64,000 nt of DNA from Promethearchaeota archaeon. GTDB lineage: Archaea; Asgardarchaeota; Lokiarchaeia; Sigyniarchaeales; SOKP01. The stretch is from contig JAHPZI010000030.1 of NCBI GenBank assembly GCA_019058295.1, positions 128,001-192,000 of the forward strand. Reading direction: 5' to 3'. Under the pieces are notes generated by a model. The model ran no database searches. It was not told the origin of the DNA and worked only from the letters and a program-made list of their open reading frames with translations. Made by a program: the position numbers and the translations under genes. Positions 28,443 to 37,735 of the stretch are shown here, one piece after another. Numbering within the stretch: the first letter of the stretch is position 1; every line of letters starts with the position of its first letter.

Positions 28443-28585
28443 TTTTGAATTTTTAGTAATTAAATAAAAGGTAATATAGTTAATATTAAAATGATCTCGA
28501 GTCCAATTTTTACCATAAAATAGAACCGATTTAGAATAATATTTAAAAATATATGATCAAAATTGGTGTATAATAGAAAAAAAAT

Positions 28586-28945
28586 TCAATCTATTTCACT
28601 ACCGCAATGAGGACAAAAATTTTGGGTATGTTTATCTAATTTACCTCCACACAAATGACAATATTTAACTATATCAGATTCAATTGTTTTAACTTGAGCT
28701 TGTTGTTGATTTGGCAACTGGCTAATAGTCTGAGAATATTGGTTTGGTAATGCTGTAACTTGTGTACCGCAATGAACGCATCTGTTTTCGGATTTTGAAT
28801 AATATATAATTAAATAAATGAAAAAACCAATTCCGAATGTACAACAGATCAAAATAATGGCTAACTTTGGATTAATTGGCTCTCTATGTAGTAAAACGTT
28901 CTGCTGACAGTGCGGACAATAACCCATTGGAGTAGTGCTTGTCAA
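28586..28945 (-). CDS. LITAF-like zinc-ribbon membrane protein with C-terminal zinc ribbon
   Basis: CPHC-hydrophobic segment-CVHC, Gln-rich linker, CHLCG...CPHCG. Tandem paralog of 28107-28442. Confidence 0.75.
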   Translation of the reverse strand: MTSTTPMGYCPHCQQNVLLHREPINPKLAIILICCTFGIGFFIYLIIYYSKSENRCVHCGTQVTALPNQYSQTISQLPNQQQAQVKTIESDIVKYCHLCGGKLDKHTQNFCPHCGSEID

Positions 28946-29051
28946 AATATAATCTTCTTTTATTTTTTACTTTTTCAAAATGAATTAAATTCTAAGATAT
29001 TCAAAAATAATACTCTCTTATAATTTTTATACTTTTAAATATTTGATTTAA

Positions 29052-29663
29052 ATGAAAAAAATGAATTTAACTCAAAAATCTGTATTTATAGTCTTGGAAG
29101 GATTGGATGGTAGCGGTACAACCACTCATAGCCACCTACTTGAGGGTTTTTTAAAGAATGAAAAACTTAAAGTTCATTTAACTCAAGAACCTTCTAAAAA
29201 CGAAATTGGAGTCTTATTAAGAAAATTCTTGAAGGATAATAGTATTCCACCAACTACAGATGCTCTTTTATTTGCTGCAGATAGAAATCTCCATTATCAT
29301 AATGAAATTAAGAAAAAACTTGATGAAGGATATATAGTCATATCAGATCGTTATCTTGAATCTTCCATAATATATCAGTCATTACAATCTGATGAAATAT
29401 CTATTGATTGGGTAGAAGAACTTAATAAGTTTGTAGGTCAACCAGATTTAACTATTTTATTAGATATCGATCCAAAAGTAGCGATGGCTCGAAAGTCTGG
29501 AGCTTTAGAAAAATTTGAAGAAACCCCTTTTTTAGATAAAGTAAGGGATCTTTATCTAACTAGAGCTAAAAAATTAAAATATTACGTAATTAATTCTGAC
29601 GATATTATTGAATTTGTACAGGAAAAAATTCAAAAAATCGTTATAAATAAATTAAAAGCATAA
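29052..29663 (+). CDS. tmk: Thymidylate kinase
   Basis: FIVLEGLDGSG.TT, LLFAADR, SDRY..SS..YQ, PDLTILLD. Confidence 0.95.
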   Translation: MKKMNLTQKSVFIVLEGLDGSGTTTHSHLLEGFLKNEKLKVHLTQEPSKNEIGVLLRKFLKDNSIPPTTDALLFAADRNLHYHNEIKKKLDEGYIVISDRYLESSIIYQSLQSDEISIDWVEELNKFVGQPDLTILLDIDPKVAMARKSGALEKFEETPFLDKVRDLYLTRAKKLKYYVINSDDIIEFVQEKIQKIVINKLKA

Positions 29664-29735
29664 GAAATTAATCCTTTGTTTTATTTCTAGTTTTAAGATT
29701 AAACTTTAATAATCCTAATTGAAATAAGATAAATT

Positions 29736-31019
29736 GTGAATACAAAAGCCCCTCTTAATAATCATTGGTATAGTAAAGATAGGATTTATAAAAATGTTCA
29801 AAAATTTAGTTTTCCTCGACTTGCAGGAACAGATGGTGAGAAAGAAGCAGTAAAGTTAACTATTAATACATTTAAAGAAATAGGATATACTGAGAATGAG
29901 ATTAAAAAAGAAAAATTTGAATTTTCCGATTTCTATTCTACGACGCTTGTTAAATTTATAGGGATAATTAGTTTAAACGCTCTTTTGGTTTTTGTTTTAG
30001 CCATATACCTTAACATCCTCTTTACATTTTTTATAATAGGATTGATGACATTAATAGTTTTTTTAATTATAAGAGGATTAAAACATCCCGAAGAAAAAGG
30101 ATTTTGGGGAGAATATTTCGGTAATACTATTCAAGCTACAAATGTTTTTGTGAAATTACCAGCGAAATCTCTGCCAATTGAAAAAGCAGGTAATATTATA
30201 ATATCTGCTCATCTTGATTCCAAATCTCAAACTTTTAAAACTGCCTGGAGAATTATTTCCTATAGAATATGGTTATTTTGCGGAATTATTCTTGGAGGGT
30301 TTTATATTGCTTCCCTGCTTTGTTATTACTGCATTTTAGAGCTTAATTATTTAATTTTACAAATTGGTATTTGGATATTAACGGGGTTAATTTCGTTCTC
30401 AAATCTATTATTGATATTTCTCAATACTCAAAATAAATCCCCTGGTGCTTTAGATAACGCCTCTGGAATGTCTATTGTATTTGAATTAAGTAGATTTTTT
30501 AAAGATAATATCTTAGAAAATTTTAATATATGGTTCTGCCAATTTTCTGCAGAAGAATTAGGAACGATGGGCTCAAGATTTTTTGTAAATAATCACGAAG
30601 ACCAATTTGTTAAAGGTAAGATATTTCAATTAAATTTTGATATGGTTTCAGCAGCAAAAAGCAAAAGAGGAAATAGAGTTGAATATTTAAAATCTTACGG
30701 ATTTATCCCTCGGAAAAAAGTTGCTCCAATTCTTAGTAAATATTTGGAAAACGCAGCATCAGAGGAAAATGTTGAACTTCATGGTTTTCATATAACAACA
30801 GGAGCACATACCGATTCTGTTCCATTTCATTTAAGGGATTATAGTGCCATTGATATTACCACTAAATTGGCTGCATTATATACTCATAGTGCCATTGATA
30901 CAACAGACAAAGTAGATTCTCAAGTTTTAGTAGAAGCATGCATAATTGCTCGAAGAGTAATTTTAATGCTTGATGAAGATTATAAAATATTAAGTGAAGA
31001 ACACGAAATAGGTTGTTAA
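29736..31019 (+). CDS. Membrane-embedded M28 family metallopeptidase
   Basis: PRLAGT, AHLDSK, GALDNASG, AEELG..GS, NFD, H...DT; two TM hairpins. Confidence 0.85.
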   Translation: MNTKAPLNNHWYSKDRIYKNVQKFSFPRLAGTDGEKEAVKLTINTFKEIGYTENEIKKEKFEFSDFYSTTLVKFIGIISLNALLVFVLAIYLNILFTFFIIGLMTLIVFLIIRGLKHPEEKGFWGEYFGNTIQATNVFVKLPAKSLPIEKAGNIIISAHLDSKSQTFKTAWRIISYRIWLFCGIILGGFYIASLLCYYCILELNYLILQIGIWILTGLISFSNLLLIFLNTQNKSPGALDNASGMSIVFELSRFFKDNILENFNIWFCQFSAEELGTMGSRFFVNNHEDQFVKGKIFQLNFDMVSAAKSKRGNRVEYLKSYGFIPRKKVAPILSKYLENAASEENVELHGFHITTGAHTDSVPFHLRDYSAIDITTKLAALYTHSAIDTTDKVDSQVLVEACIIARRVILMLDEDYKILSEEHEIGC

Positions 31020-31024
31020 AAAGA

Positions 31025-32278
31025 ATGAGCAAGACAGTAGCAGAAAAAATATTATTAGAACATTCGGATTTAAAAGAAATATCGCCCGGACAGTTTATTG
31101 AATGTGATATTGATTTAATAATGGTTCACGAGCAATTAGGAGGAAGAATTCATAAAGAATATGAAAAACTTGGAATTGATTACGTTTGGGACCCAAATAA
31201 AATCTTTTTTATATTGGATCATTGGGTGCCAGCCCCTACGATATCTGCAGCTCAAATGCATCAAGATTGTAGAGCCTTTGCCAAAAAGTATAATTTTATA
31301 CATGATATGGGAATGGATAAAGGAATTTGCCACCAAGTGCTACCAGAAATGGGTTTTTCACGACCAGGAATGTTAATTGTTGGCTCCGATAGTCATACAA
31401 CTACTTATGGAGCGTTTAATTGTTTATCTACTGGTATCGGAGCTACTGATGTTTCAGTTGTTTTTGCTACTGGAAAATTATGGTTTAAAGTTCCCGAATC
31501 ATATAAAATAACTTTTGTAGAGGAACTAAATAAAGGAGTTATGTCAAAAGATATTATTCTAAAAATTATTGGTGATATTACAACAAAAGGAGCAATCTAT
31601 AAGTCATTAGAATTTCATGGTATAGAATCTCTTTCAATAGATGGACGCATGACAATCTCTAATATGGTTGTTGAAGCAGGGGCAAAATTTGGCGTCTTTT
31701 TATCTGATAATAAATTAGAAAATTGGATACAAAAGCGTAGTAAAGAAGAATATAATGTTATTCACCCTGATAAAGAAGCAATTTATGAAAAAACTCTCGA
31801 ATATAATTTATCAGAAATTACTCCTATGGTGGCTAAACCCTCCAGTCCAGGAAATGCAGCTGAAATAGAAAACGTGGAAGGTATTGAAATTGATCAAGCA
31901 TTTCTTGGAAGTTGTACAAATGGAAGAATTGAGGATTTAAGGATCGCAGCGAAAATTCTAAAAGGAAAATCGATAGATCCAAAAACTCGATTTATAATTA
32001 CACCAGCTTCTAAAGAAGTATATATAACAGCCATGAAAGAAGGCTTATTAGATATCTTTATAAATGCCGGTGCTGTAGTCACTCACTCCACTTGTGGTGC
32101 TTGTATTGGTGGGCATATGGGTGTATTAGGAGAGGGGGAAGTATGTATTAGTTCGACGAATCGAAATTTTGTAGGTAGGTTGGGTGCAGCCAGTTCTCAA
32201 GTGTATTTGGCATCTCCTGCTACTGTTACGACCTCCGCTATCTATGGTAAAATTACAGATCCTCGTGAGGTGTTGTAA
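31025..32278 (+). CDS. leuC: 3-isopropylmalate dehydratase/homoaconitase large subunit
   Basis: GICHQV, GSDSHT, GSCTNGR, CGACIG, STNRNF.GR. Could be HacA. Confidence 0.9.
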   Translation: MSKTVAEKILLEHSDLKEISPGQFIECDIDLIMVHEQLGGRIHKEYEKLGIDYVWDPNKIFFILDHWVPAPTISAAQMHQDCRAFAKKYNFIHDMGMDKGICHQVLPEMGFSRPGMLIVGSDSHTTTYGAFNCLSTGIGATDVSVVFATGKLWFKVPESYKITFVEELNKGVMSKDIILKIIGDITTKGAIYKSLEFHGIESLSIDGRMTISNMVVEAGAKFGVFLSDNKLENWIQKRSKEEYNVIHPDKEAIYEKTLEYNLSEITPMVAKPSSPGNAAEIENVEGIEIDQAFLGSCTNGRIEDLRIAAKILKGKSIDPKTRFIITPASKEVYITAMKEGLLDIFINAGAVVTHSTCGACIGGHMGVLGEGEVCISSTNRNFVGRLGAASSQVYLASPATVTTSAIYGKITDPREVL

Positions 32279-32281
32279 AAA

Positions 32282-32779
32282 ATGGATGCAATAAATGGTT
32301 TTGCTTACATTTTAGGCGATGATATCAATACAGATGATATTGTTCCAAGCCATACTCTTACTATGAGGGATCCTCATGAAATGGCTAAATGTACATTAGA
32401 ATTTATAGACCCTCAATTTGTAAAAAAAATAGATAAAGGAAATATAATCATTGCTGGAGAAAATTTCGGGACAGGAAGCTCGAGAGAAGAAGCTGTTAAT
32501 GTTTTTAAAATTCTCGGAGTTAAAGCAATTATTGCCAAATCATTTGCAAGAATTTATTTTAGGAACTTAATAAATGTAGGTATACCCGGAATTACTTTGA
32601 CCTGGGATGAAAATACATTTTCTAAAGGAGATAATTTGGTAATCTCTCTCTATAAAGGTGTTATTTTTAATAAAACTAAAAATATTAAAGTTGAATTCGC
32701 AAAGCTGCCTGAATTTCTAACAAATATTTTAAATGAAGGGGGAATAATCAACCAGTTGAAGAAAATGCTTTTAAAATAA
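32282..32779 (+). CDS. leuD: 3-isopropylmalate dehydratase/homoaconitase small subunit
   Basis: DDINTDDI, NFGTGSSRE, SFARIYFRN. Could be HacB. Confidence 0.9.
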   Translation: MDAINGFAYILGDDINTDDIVPSHTLTMRDPHEMAKCTLEFIDPQFVKKIDKGNIIIAGENFGTGSSREEAVNVFKILGVKAIIAKSFARIYFRNLINVGIPGITLTWDENTFSKGDNLVISLYKGVIFNKTKNIKVEFAKLPEFLTNILNEGGIINQLKKMLLK

Positions 32780-32785
32780 GAGTTT

Positions 32786-33337
32786 TTAAAATAAATTCTG
32801 TATTTCTTTTTGAATTTCTTCAATTCTTTTCTTAGATTTTAATAAAATTTTACTTTTCCCGTGTTTTGAAAACCAAATTTGAAATCTCTCCTCAATTGAA
32901 ACCTCTCTCCTTCCCGCCATTAATTTATCAGCAAGACAAACAATTTTTTCTTCGAGGGTTTCTGGAAGATAATCTCCGTCAGGTAATCCCACAGATTTGG
33001 CATCTTCTTTATCCAAACCTCCTAAAATGTGAGTTTCACAAATACGTGCGATTTCATTTGGAAATCCTCTTTCTCTTAAAATTTTACCACCTATTAATGC
33101 GTGTTGAAATCCATGTGTTTTAGATCTTCCAATATCGTGAAGTATAGCACCAATTTCAATTAAATTTATATCGACATTTGCTTTCCTAATTTTATTTGCA
33201 ATTTCTAAAGCCTTTTCACATACTTTCAGAGAATGTCGCCGAACACTATAAGGAACTTTTAATTTTTTTAACAGTTCTAATGCAAAATCTCGATCGGGTA
33301 AAACGATAGGTAGTTCTTCTGCTTTTTCTTTTACCAT
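32786..33337 (-). CDS. HD-domain (HDIG) phosphohydrolase, archaeal TIGR00295-like
   Basis: H..KV, LHDIGRS.TH...H, CETH, EEKIV.LAD. Confidence 0.88.
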   Translation of the reverse strand: MVKEKAEELPIVLPDRDFALELLKKLKVPYSVRRHSLKVCEKALEIANKIRKANVDINLIEIGAILHDIGRSKTHGFQHALIGGKILRERGFPNEIARICETHILGGLDKEDAKSVGLPDGDYLPETLEEKIVCLADKLMAGRREVSIEERFQIWFSKHGKSKILLKSKKRIEEIQKEIQNLF

Positions 33338-33715
33338 TAAGATTTATAAATAAATAATTAAGTTTAAGTTTTAGTTATTTACAGAAATGATTGAAAAAAT
33401 AAATAAAATTATTTATTCTATGAGTATAAATGTCATTTATATTAGGATAATCCTCTAAATTCTTCATTTTTAATCCTATTGAAAAAGAGATAAAGTATAT
33501 TATGCCTAATTTTTTTTAAATTCTAATTTTAATTATAAACATATTATCAATTATGAGGACAATATTATTCAAAAAATCTATTCACATTTAACTGATTGTT
33601 ATTGAAAATTATCTAACCTAATCAAAAAATTTATTATTTATACAATTTTTTATAATTAAAGAATTAGAAACTGAACAAAATAAATACTAAAATAAAAATA
33701 ATAAAGGCGGCTTGC

Positions 33716-34552
33716 TTGGCTAAAAAGAAAAATAAGGGCACTAAATCAGAAAAAGAAAAAGAAAAAAAAGATGACAAAATTGATTTAGACTTTGTGGACG
33801 ATTTTGTTGAGGATGATTTTATTGATCTTGAAGAAGAACTGGATTTACTCGACACTGAGGATTTGGAAAAAGAGCTTGAGGTAGAGGAAAAATTAATTGA
33901 TAAAGACGAAGCTCAAAAACAACTTTATTTATCTTGTGGAATTCATATTGGTACTAAATTATTATCTGGAGATGCCCGAAGATTCATTTATCGCCAAACT
34001 AATTATGGATTATATGTCATAGATTTAACACAAACTGATAAACGTCTAAAAATAGTGGCTAAATTTTTATCCAAATATGTAGAGGAAGGAAGTGATAGGA
34101 TAATTGTTAGTTCTGTTCGACGATACGGTAAGGAACCAGTTAAGAAATTCTGTGAAGTCCTCGGATGCAGAGCAATCGTCAATCGTTTCATTCCTGGGAG
34201 TTTAACTAATCCAATTATAGATACGTACGTTAAAGATGCGTCAGTGGTAGTAATTATAGACCCGCATGCCGATAAGGTGATCTTACGAGAAGCTCAATTG
34301 GCAAGAATTCCAGTAGTTTCTTTATTTGACACCGATGACACGCTTGTTGGCATCGATCTTGCGGTTCCGGCTAATAATCGAGGCAAGAAAGCATTAGGTT
34401 TAGTATTTTGGATTCTAGCAAGACAAATTATGCTTGAATTAGGTAAGATTTCAAGTGAGGACGAATTTCCCTATACGCTTGAAGAATTTACATCTAAAAT
34501 TGTTCCTGTCTATCGTCAAGAACAATCATCGCAACAAAGGCAAAGACGCTAA
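33716..34552 (+). CDS. rps2: 30S ribosomal protein uS2 (archaeal/eukaryotic type) with charged N-terminal extension
   Basis: GIHIGTK, RFIPGSLTNP, EA...IPV....DTD, PANNRGKKAL...W.LAR. Confidence 0.95.
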   Translation: MAKKKNKGTKSEKEKEKKDDKIDLDFVDDFVEDDFIDLEEELDLLDTEDLEKELEVEEKLIDKDEAQKQLYLSCGIHIGTKLLSGDARRFIYRQTNYGLYVIDLTQTDKRLKIVAKFLSKYVEEGSDRIIVSSVRRYGKEPVKKFCEVLGCRAIVNRFIPGSLTNPIIDTYVKDASVVVIIDPHADKVILREAQLARIPVVSLFDTDDTLVGIDLAVPANNRGKKALGLVFWILARQIMLELGKISSEDEFPYTLEEFTSKIVPVYRQEQSSQQRQRR

Positions 34553-34553
34553 A

Positions 34554-34922
34554 TTATTTGAGATGCTTTTTAATAATCTTTACTAAGTGAAGTAAATCTG
34601 CTGTTTTATTAATACAAAGATCAAATCCAGCATTTAGAATATGTTCCTGTTCTTTTTTCATATCTAAAGCCGTAAATGCCAGAATAGGTGTTTTTTTATA
34701 TTTTTGAATTTTTCTCAATTCTCTACAAATATTTATCCCATCCATTCCAGGTAAATTTATATCTAAAATAATAAGATCTGCATTTCCTGATTTAATTAGT
34801 CTAAAACCCCGCATACCATTAGTTTCAGTCATAATGAGTACATCTTTAAAATTCTTTAAAAGCATCATATTGATTAATTTTAAGATATTCTCATCATCAT
34901 CAATTATATAAATCTCTTTCAA
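34554..34922 (-). CDS. Single-domain response regulator (receiver)
   Basis: IIDDD, LIILDINLPGMDG, TA, K; strong SD GGAGG before the TTG. Confidence 0.92.
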   Translation of the reverse strand: MKEIYIIDDDENILKLINMMLLKNFKDVLIMTETNGMRGFRLIKSGNADLIILDINLPGMDGINICRELRKIQKYKKTPILAFTALDMKKEQEHILNAGFDLCINKTADLLHLVKIIKKHLK

Positions 34923-35148
34923 GAAACCTCCTCCCCCGTGTAAGGCTACATAAGAATGATTTCAAATTGATTCTTCTGAAAAGGTCTTATTATAATTACT
35001 CCAGATTTTATACATTTTTTCTGGAGATTCTATGGATAAATATATGATAAACTAATATATAAAAGTAAGTTTTTTTATATGATCACTAGGTATATAATTT
35101 TTCCTTTAAATATTAATAGGGTTAGGTAACAAAATTATTATTTTTACA

Positions 35149-35307
35149 ATGAGCATCGAAGATAAAAGTGATAAAGAGTTAAGAGTGATTCTTGACAAGG
35201 AAATCTATGAGAAATTAGAAAAAATAAGAGAATTCCACGGTTTAAAAAATATGACGGAAGTTATAAGATTTCTAATAACAAAAGAATTTAGAAATGTCGA
35301 AAAATAA
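35149..35307 (+). CDS. Small ribbon-helix-helix-like DNA-binding protein (52 aa; below the ORF-track cutoff)
   Basis: MSIEDKSDKELRVILDKEIYEKLEKIREFHGLKNMTEVIRFLITKEFRNVEK: beta strand, helix, G turn, then (S/T)EVIR helix. Confidence 0.75.
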   Translation: MSIEDKSDKELRVILDKEIYEKLEKIREFHGLKNMTEVIRFLITKEFRNVEK

Positions 35308-35496
35308 CTTAACTTGTTTAGAATCTTATCCAAATTCAGTTTATCATGCATATTATTATTTATTCTAAATAAGATTATTTTTGATATACTACAATTGTCT
35401 AAAACAAATCTTTTTTTTAAATTATTAGTCATAAATTTTTAATTCTAAATCAATTTCCTTTAAATAGAAGAATTACCATAAAAAAAGAGGTTTAAT

Positions 35497-36273
35497 ATGA
35501 AAAAAATTATAGCTTTTTCTGGAAAAGGAGGAGTTGGGAAAACCACTGCTTTAGTTCTATTATTAAAATATCTCATTGAAATCAAAAAAGATCAAGATAT
35601 TTTAGTGATAGATTCTGATCCAGATGCGAATATTGCGGATGTTATAAATGAAGAAGTAAAATTTAAAGATACTATTGGAGGAAAAATGAAAGATTTGAAG
35701 GAGAAAATCCAAAAAAGGCAATTACCTTTGGATATGCCTAAAAATCAAATTATTGAGGGTGATGTATATCGATGTCTCATTGAAATGGACAGTTTTGATC
35801 TCTTAGAAATGGGGCGTACGGAGGGAGAAGGCTGTTACTGTTTTATTAATTCTGTCTTAAAGAATGTAATAGACACCCTTTCCAAAAATTATGATATAAC
35901 ATTGTTAGATTCGCCCGCAGGATTAGAGCATTTTGCCAGAAAAACGGGTCGAGATGTTACAGACTTGGTAATAGTTACAGACCCCAGTAAAATGGGTATT
36001 CATACAATGAAAAGAATACTTGAAATTACTAAAGAATTAGAATTAAAATTTGAAAATATTTGGATTCTAGGGAATCGCTTCCCCGAAAATGTTAGAGATA
36101 TCTTAGAAAAAGAAGTGGAAGAATTTAAAGACGAGAACATCCATTTATTAGGATTCATTTCAAATGATGATGATATTAGTAGAATAAATTTGACTGGTGG
36201 TAATTTATTGGAAGCATTAAGCGATAATCCAGCATATCAACAAGCTAAAGATATTTTTGCTAAAATTCTTTAA
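35497..36273 (+). CDS. cooC: CooC/AcsF-like nickel-insertion ATPase
   Basis: GKGGVGKTT, DSDPD.N, GEGCYC, DSPAGLEH..R. Confidence 0.85.
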   Translation: MKKIIAFSGKGGVGKTTALVLLLKYLIEIKKDQDILVIDSDPDANIADVINEEVKFKDTIGGKMKDLKEKIQKRQLPLDMPKNQIIEGDVYRCLIEMDSFDLLEMGRTEGEGCYCFINSVLKNVIDTLSKNYDITLLDSPAGLEHFARKTGRDVTDLVIVTDPSKMGIHTMKRILEITKELELKFENIWILGNRFPENVRDILEKEVEEFKDENIHLLGFISNDDDISRINLTGGNLLEALSDNPAYQQAKDIFAKIL

Positions 36274-36319
36274 TTTCTATTAAATTATCTGGCAATATGC
36301 GTTATAATAGCTTTAACCA

Positions 36320-37480
36320 TTAAAGTCCCCGTTTATCAACAAATTTTAACATGATTGTAATGTGCATTAAAAGCTTTTTTAATAGTAAGCAATCTACTTT
36401 ATCAGGAGTGTCATTCTTTGAGTGTGCGTATTTATAGGATTTCTGATCCAATATACCAATACCACCGAAATTCTTATCAGCAAGGAAATAAGCATCGCTA
36501 CGCGCTAATTTAATTCTTTTGGGGAAATGTAGTCTAACTGTGAAGTCATTAGCATTTTTAAAAAAAAAAGCTCCTCTTTTCCCTGTAATTACATCGATAC
36601 TTCTTCCAATAGTATCAAACAGCAAGAAAAAGGTTTTTGTTCGATCGAGATGTTTTATTTTGTCATAAAGGTGTCTAATTCCCATAGTTCCACATTCTTC
36701 TGCGCCGGTAAAGACAAACCATAAATCGTAATTTTTTAATCTATTTTTTGAATCTAAATAATAATTTAATAATTCCAAAACACATGCTATTCCAGAAGCA
36801 TTGTCTATAGCACCCGGAGATTTATTATTAGTAGTATTATAACAGAGAACAATTACAGATATAAAATTAATTATTAAAGGAAAAACTCCAATTACGAGTA
36901 ACCAATAACTATATTGAACCAAAACAAGATTTTTTAGAAATATCACTATTGAACAAACTATTAAGGAGTATATCCATAATTTAAAAAAAAAAACTCGATA
37001 ATTTGTATGTAATCTTTGACCTTTTGAATCAAGATGGCTCAGAAATAGAATATTACTCCTATCATTATCTTGTTTTAAACCCTCATTAGTAAATTCACTA
37101 CTTTCCGAATTTCCAAGAATTTTCACATATAAATTATTAGATATTTTTTCTTTTCCTATTCTAATCTTATCAGGTTTTCTTGTAATAATGAAAATTGGTA
37201 GGTAAATTGTAAATATAATAATTAAACTTAAGGAGGTTAATATCCCTTCAATGTTTAAATATAAGATAAATAAGGCTAAGAAGCTTAGTATGAATACCAC
37301 TTTTTGATAAATCCGAGGATAAAAAGAAGTAAATGAAAAATTTTGAACCGAAGGCTCTAAATTTAATTGTTCAATTTTATTTTTTACTATATTGAATGCG
37401 TTTTCCTCATGATCCGTTCCACTTAATCGGGGAAATGAAATAAATTCTAAATTTTCTCTAATTCGGGTCTCATCAATCAT
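36320..37480 (-). CDS. Membrane-embedded M28 family metallopeptidase
   Basis: FPRLSGT, SHLDSK, GAIDNASG, GAEECG, RSDA, H...DT. Confidence 0.85.
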   Translation of the reverse strand: MIDETRIRENLEFISFPRLSGTDHEENAFNIVKNKIEQLNLEPSVQNFSFTSFYPRIYQKVVFILSFLALFILYLNIEGILTSLSLIIIFTIYLPIFIITRKPDKIRIGKEKISNNLYVKILGNSESSEFTNEGLKQDNDRSNILFLSHLDSKGQRLHTNYRVFFFKLWIYSLIVCSIVIFLKNLVLVQYSYWLLVIGVFPLIINFISVIVLCYNTTNNKSPGAIDNASGIACVLELLNYYLDSKNRLKNYDLWFVFTGAEECGTMGIRHLYDKIKHLDRTKTFFLLFDTIGRSIDVITGKRGAFFFKNANDFTVRLHFPKRIKLARSDAYFLADKNFGGIGILDQKSYKYAHSKNDTPDKVDCLLLKKLLMHITIMLKFVDKRGL

Positions 37481-37591
37481 TAATCAAAAACATCTAAATT
37501 TTTCAATTAACATATATATTCTTATCTGTAATAATAAAATTAAATTATATCATTAATTTTATTGTTTAAAATTTAATAATGAAAATTAATT

Positions 37592-37705
37592 TTAACAACA
37601 ACTATATCTTGGTTTTCGGGAACTGGCAATTCGTTAAAAATTGCAAGAGATCTTGCTGAAAAACTAGGAGATGCTGAATTAATACCAATCGCAAAATTAA
37701 TTTAA
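37592..37705 (+). pseudogene. 5' remnant of a flavodoxin-like (EFR1-type) gene
   Basis: Reads LTTTISWFSGTGNSLKIARDLAEKLGDAELIPIAKLI*. FSGTGNS is the flavodoxin phosphate-binding loop. No canonical start; stops after 37 codons. Confidence 0.8.
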
Positions 37706-37735
37706 AATTAAACTGCAAAATAATAATTGATAACT

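Noticed and set aside
35205-35432. 75-aa minus-strand ORF
   Set aside because: Overlaps the more convincing RHH-like ORF on the + strand and has no recognisable features
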